Positions 25,643 to 28,524 of a stretch of 28,524 nt of DNA are shown in pieces; position 1 is the first letter of the stretch; the number at the start of each line of letters is the position of its first letter. Made by a program: the position numbers and the translations under genes. The DNA is from a virus. Its lineage: Duplodnaviria; Caudoviricetes. Where the stretch lies: positions 1 to 28,524 of the IMG/VR virus record IMGVR_UViG_3300042431_000096. One strand, given 5' to 3'. The notes below the pieces were generated by a model. That model saw nothing but the letters and a program-made list of their open reading frames with translations, did not search any database and was not told the DNA's origin.

Positions 25643-28084
25643 TCAGGCAAAGGTGTATTCAGCGTCGGCAATGTCGCTGAGGTTCATGCTTCCAAGTGAC
25701 GGCGGCGGGGGCAGTTGAGCCGCAGCATCAGCACTCAACTGCTGTTTGATTTCCTCATGGAAATCTCCGAGCACGTTGCCGCTGTACTGTTCGACGAAGG
25801 TCTCACGCAGGATACGCGAGAGCTTGCCGGTGTTGGCTGCGTGGGTACCGAAGCTGTCGTGAATAACAGCGAGACTGTTGATCCCGTTCCTTTTGGCCCG
25901 CAGCGCGACTGCTCTTAAGTGAGCGGCGTCGAGACTGTGGACAAAGTTGGGAGCCACGCCATTGACCTGTGATCGTGAGCAGATGTTGCTGGTCTCAGTC
26001 TGAAGCGTCATCGTAACCCGGCGACCACCCCAGAAGGCGTTCACGATAACACCGCTCTGCTTCTTGTACTCTTGCAGGATCGGCAGGCCATCCGGTGTTG
26101 TCCACCAGAGAGGCAGGCCGTCCGTAGCCGCCACCTTGGCAACCTCACGCAACCATTCCATCGCCACAGCCGCTGCCGAAACAGTTCCGCTGATGGAACT
26201 AAATAGTACGTGAGACAGCCATGTCGCAGCGTGGTAGTTGTCCACGCCACCGAGGTAAGGCTCCTCGCCACGCGCCTCTGCTTCCTTATCGAGACCGCGA
26301 AGGGTCTCAAGGATCATCCCACCCATCCCGAAGCGGGTGGCTGAGTAACAGAAGGTCATCGTCGGACGCTTTGCGATGGCACGGGTGATCTTACCACCGG
26401 CCCAGCACTGACCGTACTCTTCCGTCGAGGCATCCGCCGCTGCCTGAGCAGCCTTGGCGACCGCCGTATAGACGTCCTGCGGTCGATCTGCGGGGAGCAG
26501 GTTAACCGCACGTCCACCTTGCTCGTCACGGAGCATGGCAGAGAAGTGCTGCAAGCCTGAGCATGACCCGTCCAGCGCCACAGGGATCGAGGACACGAAC
26601 GAGTTTCCCTCACGTACCCATCCAGCCAGCTCATAGCAGGCCGCAAGTGCACAGTAGGGGCTGTCTGCCGTGGTCCAGAACCGCTGGCCGTCCAGAGGAT
26701 CGTTCGCGCTGTCCAGAAGGGCACTGAGGTTATCCCTCACCCACCTGTGGCGCTCCTCGAAGCTCACCTTATCGACACCGAAGAGATTTGCGACGTGGAC
26801 GAACAACCAGAACGCACCCTCATCACCGAGCGGCTTGCCGTCGGCGAACTGGATGAGAGCCTTCTGCCAGTCGCTGCCCTGCGGAGAGGGGCCGAACTGC
26901 GTGATCGGGTAGACCCGTCCACGGAAGTCCATCTCATGCGGGAAATAGATGGCTTCTTCGTCAGCGAACTTACGGGCAACCCACAGGCCTTGTTGAAGGG
27001 CGATGCGGGCGGACACGCGGTCAGCGTTGGCGGCGTAGACGGTTGCTGCTTCACGCTTCCATTCGAGCTTGGCTTCCTCGTTGGTGTCAATGTCGAGGGG
27101 CTTGGCTGGTACTGGATCGTCATGCCGTGGCGGTAGACCGCCGAGGCTGCCGCCTTCATCCCATACCGAAGCCATCACTTCGAGGACGCGGGTGTTGATC
27201 TTCCAGCGTGTCTCTTGGATGTGGTTCACGCTCTCGTAAACGTCAGGCATATCCACGTTGCGAAGCTCCATGTGATACGCAGGGTTCCGCTGCTTGACCA
27301 ATCGGTTGCCGTGACGGGGTGTCAGGAAGCCACCGTAGGTCGGGCTGCGCCACCGACGGGGGCGACAGAGCATCGGCATGGTGATCGGCGAGAGCAGCTC
27401 ACAGCGGGCGTGTTGTTTATCGAACCAGTCCGTCAGGGTTTCTGTGGGGCGGACAGCGTAGGCTGATCCCCTGCCCTTCGAGACAGTGTCGATCTTGAAC
27501 AGGCCGGTGCTGTCGACCAGAAGCTCGATGCACTTGGTGCCGACCGAGACCTTCTCGGCATTCGACATACCAATGGCAACGCCTTCGGTAGTGAACAGCT
27601 TCTTGATGGCCGACCGACGCTGACGGCTGTAGCCGAGCTTCGCTTGCTTCTTCATGAAGCCCTTAAAGCCCACGCGGTTGACCTCACGGAATGCGTAGAA
27701 CTCTGCATTCTCGATCAGTGCCTCAGCCACCTTCAGTGCTGCTGTCTGGAGCAGGCTGCCAGCGATGGCGATGTTCACGACCACACGACAGGTCAGATAG
27801 GCGATCTCCAGTGGGTCGGAGATCAGGAGAAGGTCTGCCGCAGCGTGGCGACGACCAGCCTTCCCTTCATTGACGTACTTCACGAACTGGGAAACTGCTT
27901 CCGACATCGGAAGTGTTGCTGTTTTGAGTAGCAGGTGACCCGGCGGGAGGTTGGCTTCCTCCTCTGCCGAGCCGACCATTTCTTTCCACGGCAGTAGGCG
28001 ACTGCGGTAACGTGAAGCACCGAGTGCACGTTGATCGTCTTCCAGTTCCAACTGGCGTCGGATCGTTGCTTTGAAATCTTTCAT
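25643..28084 (-). CDS. Single-subunit DNA-directed RNA polymerase (T7 gp1-like, 813 aa)
   Basis: DFRGRVYP, ALDGSCSGLQH, RAIAKRPTMTFCY, APNFVHSLDA and IHDSFGT motifs, C-terminal YTFA. AAGGAAGG RBS then ATG at 28084. Confidence 0.98.
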   Translation of the reverse strand: MKDFKATIRRQLELEDDQRALGASRYRSRLLPWKEMVGSAEEEANLPPGHLLLKTATLPMSEAVSQFVKYVNEGKAGRRHAAADLLLISDPLEIAYLTCRVVVNIAIAGSLLQTAALKVAEALIENAEFYAFREVNRVGFKGFMKKQAKLGYSRQRRSAIKKLFTTEGVAIGMSNAEKVSVGTKCIELLVDSTGLFKIDTVSKGRGSAYAVRPTETLTDWFDKQHARCELLSPITMPMLCRPRRWRSPTYGGFLTPRHGNRLVKQRNPAYHMELRNVDMPDVYESVNHIQETRWKINTRVLEVMASVWDEGGSLGGLPPRHDDPVPAKPLDIDTNEEAKLEWKREAATVYAANADRVSARIALQQGLWVARKFADEEAIYFPHEMDFRGRVYPITQFGPSPQGSDWQKALIQFADGKPLGDEGAFWLFVHVANLFGVDKVSFEERHRWVRDNLSALLDSANDPLDGQRFWTTADSPYCALAACYELAGWVREGNSFVSSIPVALDGSCSGLQHFSAMLRDEQGGRAVNLLPADRPQDVYTAVAKAAQAAADASTEEYGQCWAGGKITRAIAKRPTMTFCYSATRFGMGGMILETLRGLDKEAEARGEEPYLGGVDNYHAATWLSHVLFSSISGTVSAAAVAMEWLREVAKVAATDGLPLWWTTPDGLPILQEYKKQSGVIVNAFWGGRRVTMTLQTETSNICSRSQVNGVAPNFVHSLDAAHLRAVALRAKRNGINSLAVIHDSFGTHAANTGKLSRILRETFVEQYSGNVLGDFHEEIKQQLSADAAAQLPPPPSLGSMNLSDIADAEYTFA

Positions 28085-28141
28085 ATGTTGTCCTTCCTTT
28101 TCAGGGATCAGCCCGTTCGAACGACGGGCGAGGTTCAATCA

Positions 28142-28165
28142 CCAATGGTCTGCACTAATGGGCAC
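28142..28165 (-). promoter_or_regulatory. Putative phage RNAP promoter upstream of the RNAP gene (proximal)
   Basis: Identical to the 25602-25625 copy. Confidence 0.85.
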
Positions 28166-28211
28166 CGAGGGTTCACCTTAGGATCACCTAAATGATGACC
28201 TTCCTTCACCC

Positions 28212-28230
28212 CCAAGGGTCTGCACTAATG
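28212..28230 (-). promoter_or_regulatory. Putative phage RNAP promoter upstream of the RNAP gene (distal)
   Basis: CATTAGTGCAGACCCTTGG, 70 nt from the proximal copy. Confidence 0.8.
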
Positions 28231-28249
28231 CGGTGTTTATTGGTTCCGT

Positions 28250-28341
28250 TGGCACGATCATCGATCTTACGGAAGTAATGTGCCAGATCGTGCCGATTCG
28301 TGGCACAGAAGATCGTGACAGGTGGCACACCCCTGTGCCAC
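28250..28341. repeat. Cluster of TGGCAC/GTGCCA motifs (candidate integrase arm-type or repressor sites)
   Basis: Copies at about 28250, 28280, 28290 (variant), 28300, 28322 and 28334. The last two form GTGGCACA-cccc-TGTGCCAC. Another copy lies at 28484. Confidence 0.65.
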
Positions 28342-28345
28342 GCTG

Positions 28346-28358
28346 TAACTTATTGATT
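28346..28358 (-). promoter_or_regulatory. IHF-binding consensus
   Basis: AATCAATAAGTTA is an exact match to WATCAANNNNTTR. Confidence 0.65.
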
Positions 28359-28371
28359 TTATAGGAGGTAG

Positions 28372-28388
28372 TGGCGCACCCAGAACGA
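28372..28388 (-). mobile_element. Candidate att core resembling a tRNA 3' end
   Basis: TCGTTC-TGGGTGC-G-CCA has the T-stem/acceptor/discriminator/CCA layout and lies next to the IHF site and repeats. Confidence 0.5.
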
Positions 28389-28524
28389 ACCTTGCGTTCA
28401 TTATCAACTACGTAGTTGACCGCAGGTGCGCCATAGGGGTGACCAATAGTTCCATCAGGTTGACTAAACCGTAAGGTTGATAATGTGCCATCTTGATTGC
28501 CAAGTTGCTCACTGAAACCTTTCG

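Larger units (their letters stand above)
1..28524 (-). mobile_element. T7-like (Autographiviridae-type) phage or prophage, partial
   Basis: Co-oriented RNAP, replication and virion genes in T7 order. Confidence 0.95.

Noticed and set aside
28085-28138. N-terminal extension of RNAP given in the ORF track
   Set aside because: It begins about 5 nt after the predicted transcription start with no RBS, whereas ATG 28084 has a clear RBS.
28372-28433. Intact tRNA gene
   Set aside because: It has no D-arm, no TTCRA loop and no canonical 7-nt anticodon loop. It is kept only as an att-like/tRNA-like element.
28460-28486. Plus-strand sigma70 promoter (TTGACT...GATAAT)
   Set aside because: The spacer is only 13 nt.

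Overview
This window is about 28.5 kb of a T7-like (Autographiviridae-type) phage or prophage. Every credible gene is on the minus strand. Reading from the right end: an att-like region (IHF consensus, GTGGCAC/GTGCCA repeats, a tRNA-3'-end-like core), two tandem phage promoters, a single-subunit RNA polymerase, small ORFs, ssDNA-binding protein, RusA-type resolvase, T7-lysozyme-type amidase, primase-helicase, a dATP/dGTP diphosphohydrolase-like protein, family A DNA polymerase, an HNH-like nuclease, a holin/i-spanin/o-spanin cassette and a frameshifted exonuclease. The virion module follows: portal, scaffold, major capsid, tail tube A/B, gp13-16-like ejection proteins and a long repeat-rich tail fibre that runs off the left edge. 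No integrase or terminase is in the window. Most notable: the RNAP gene sits directly beside an att-like site under its own putative promoters, with no intervening early genes; the att core folds into a tRNA-like mini-structure; the lysis genes are in the replication block; terminator-like hairpins punctuate operons that have few visible promoters; a 279-nt structured leader precedes the capsid gene; two nucleases have candidate CTG/ATT starts. All calls come from reading motifs by eye, with no database search.
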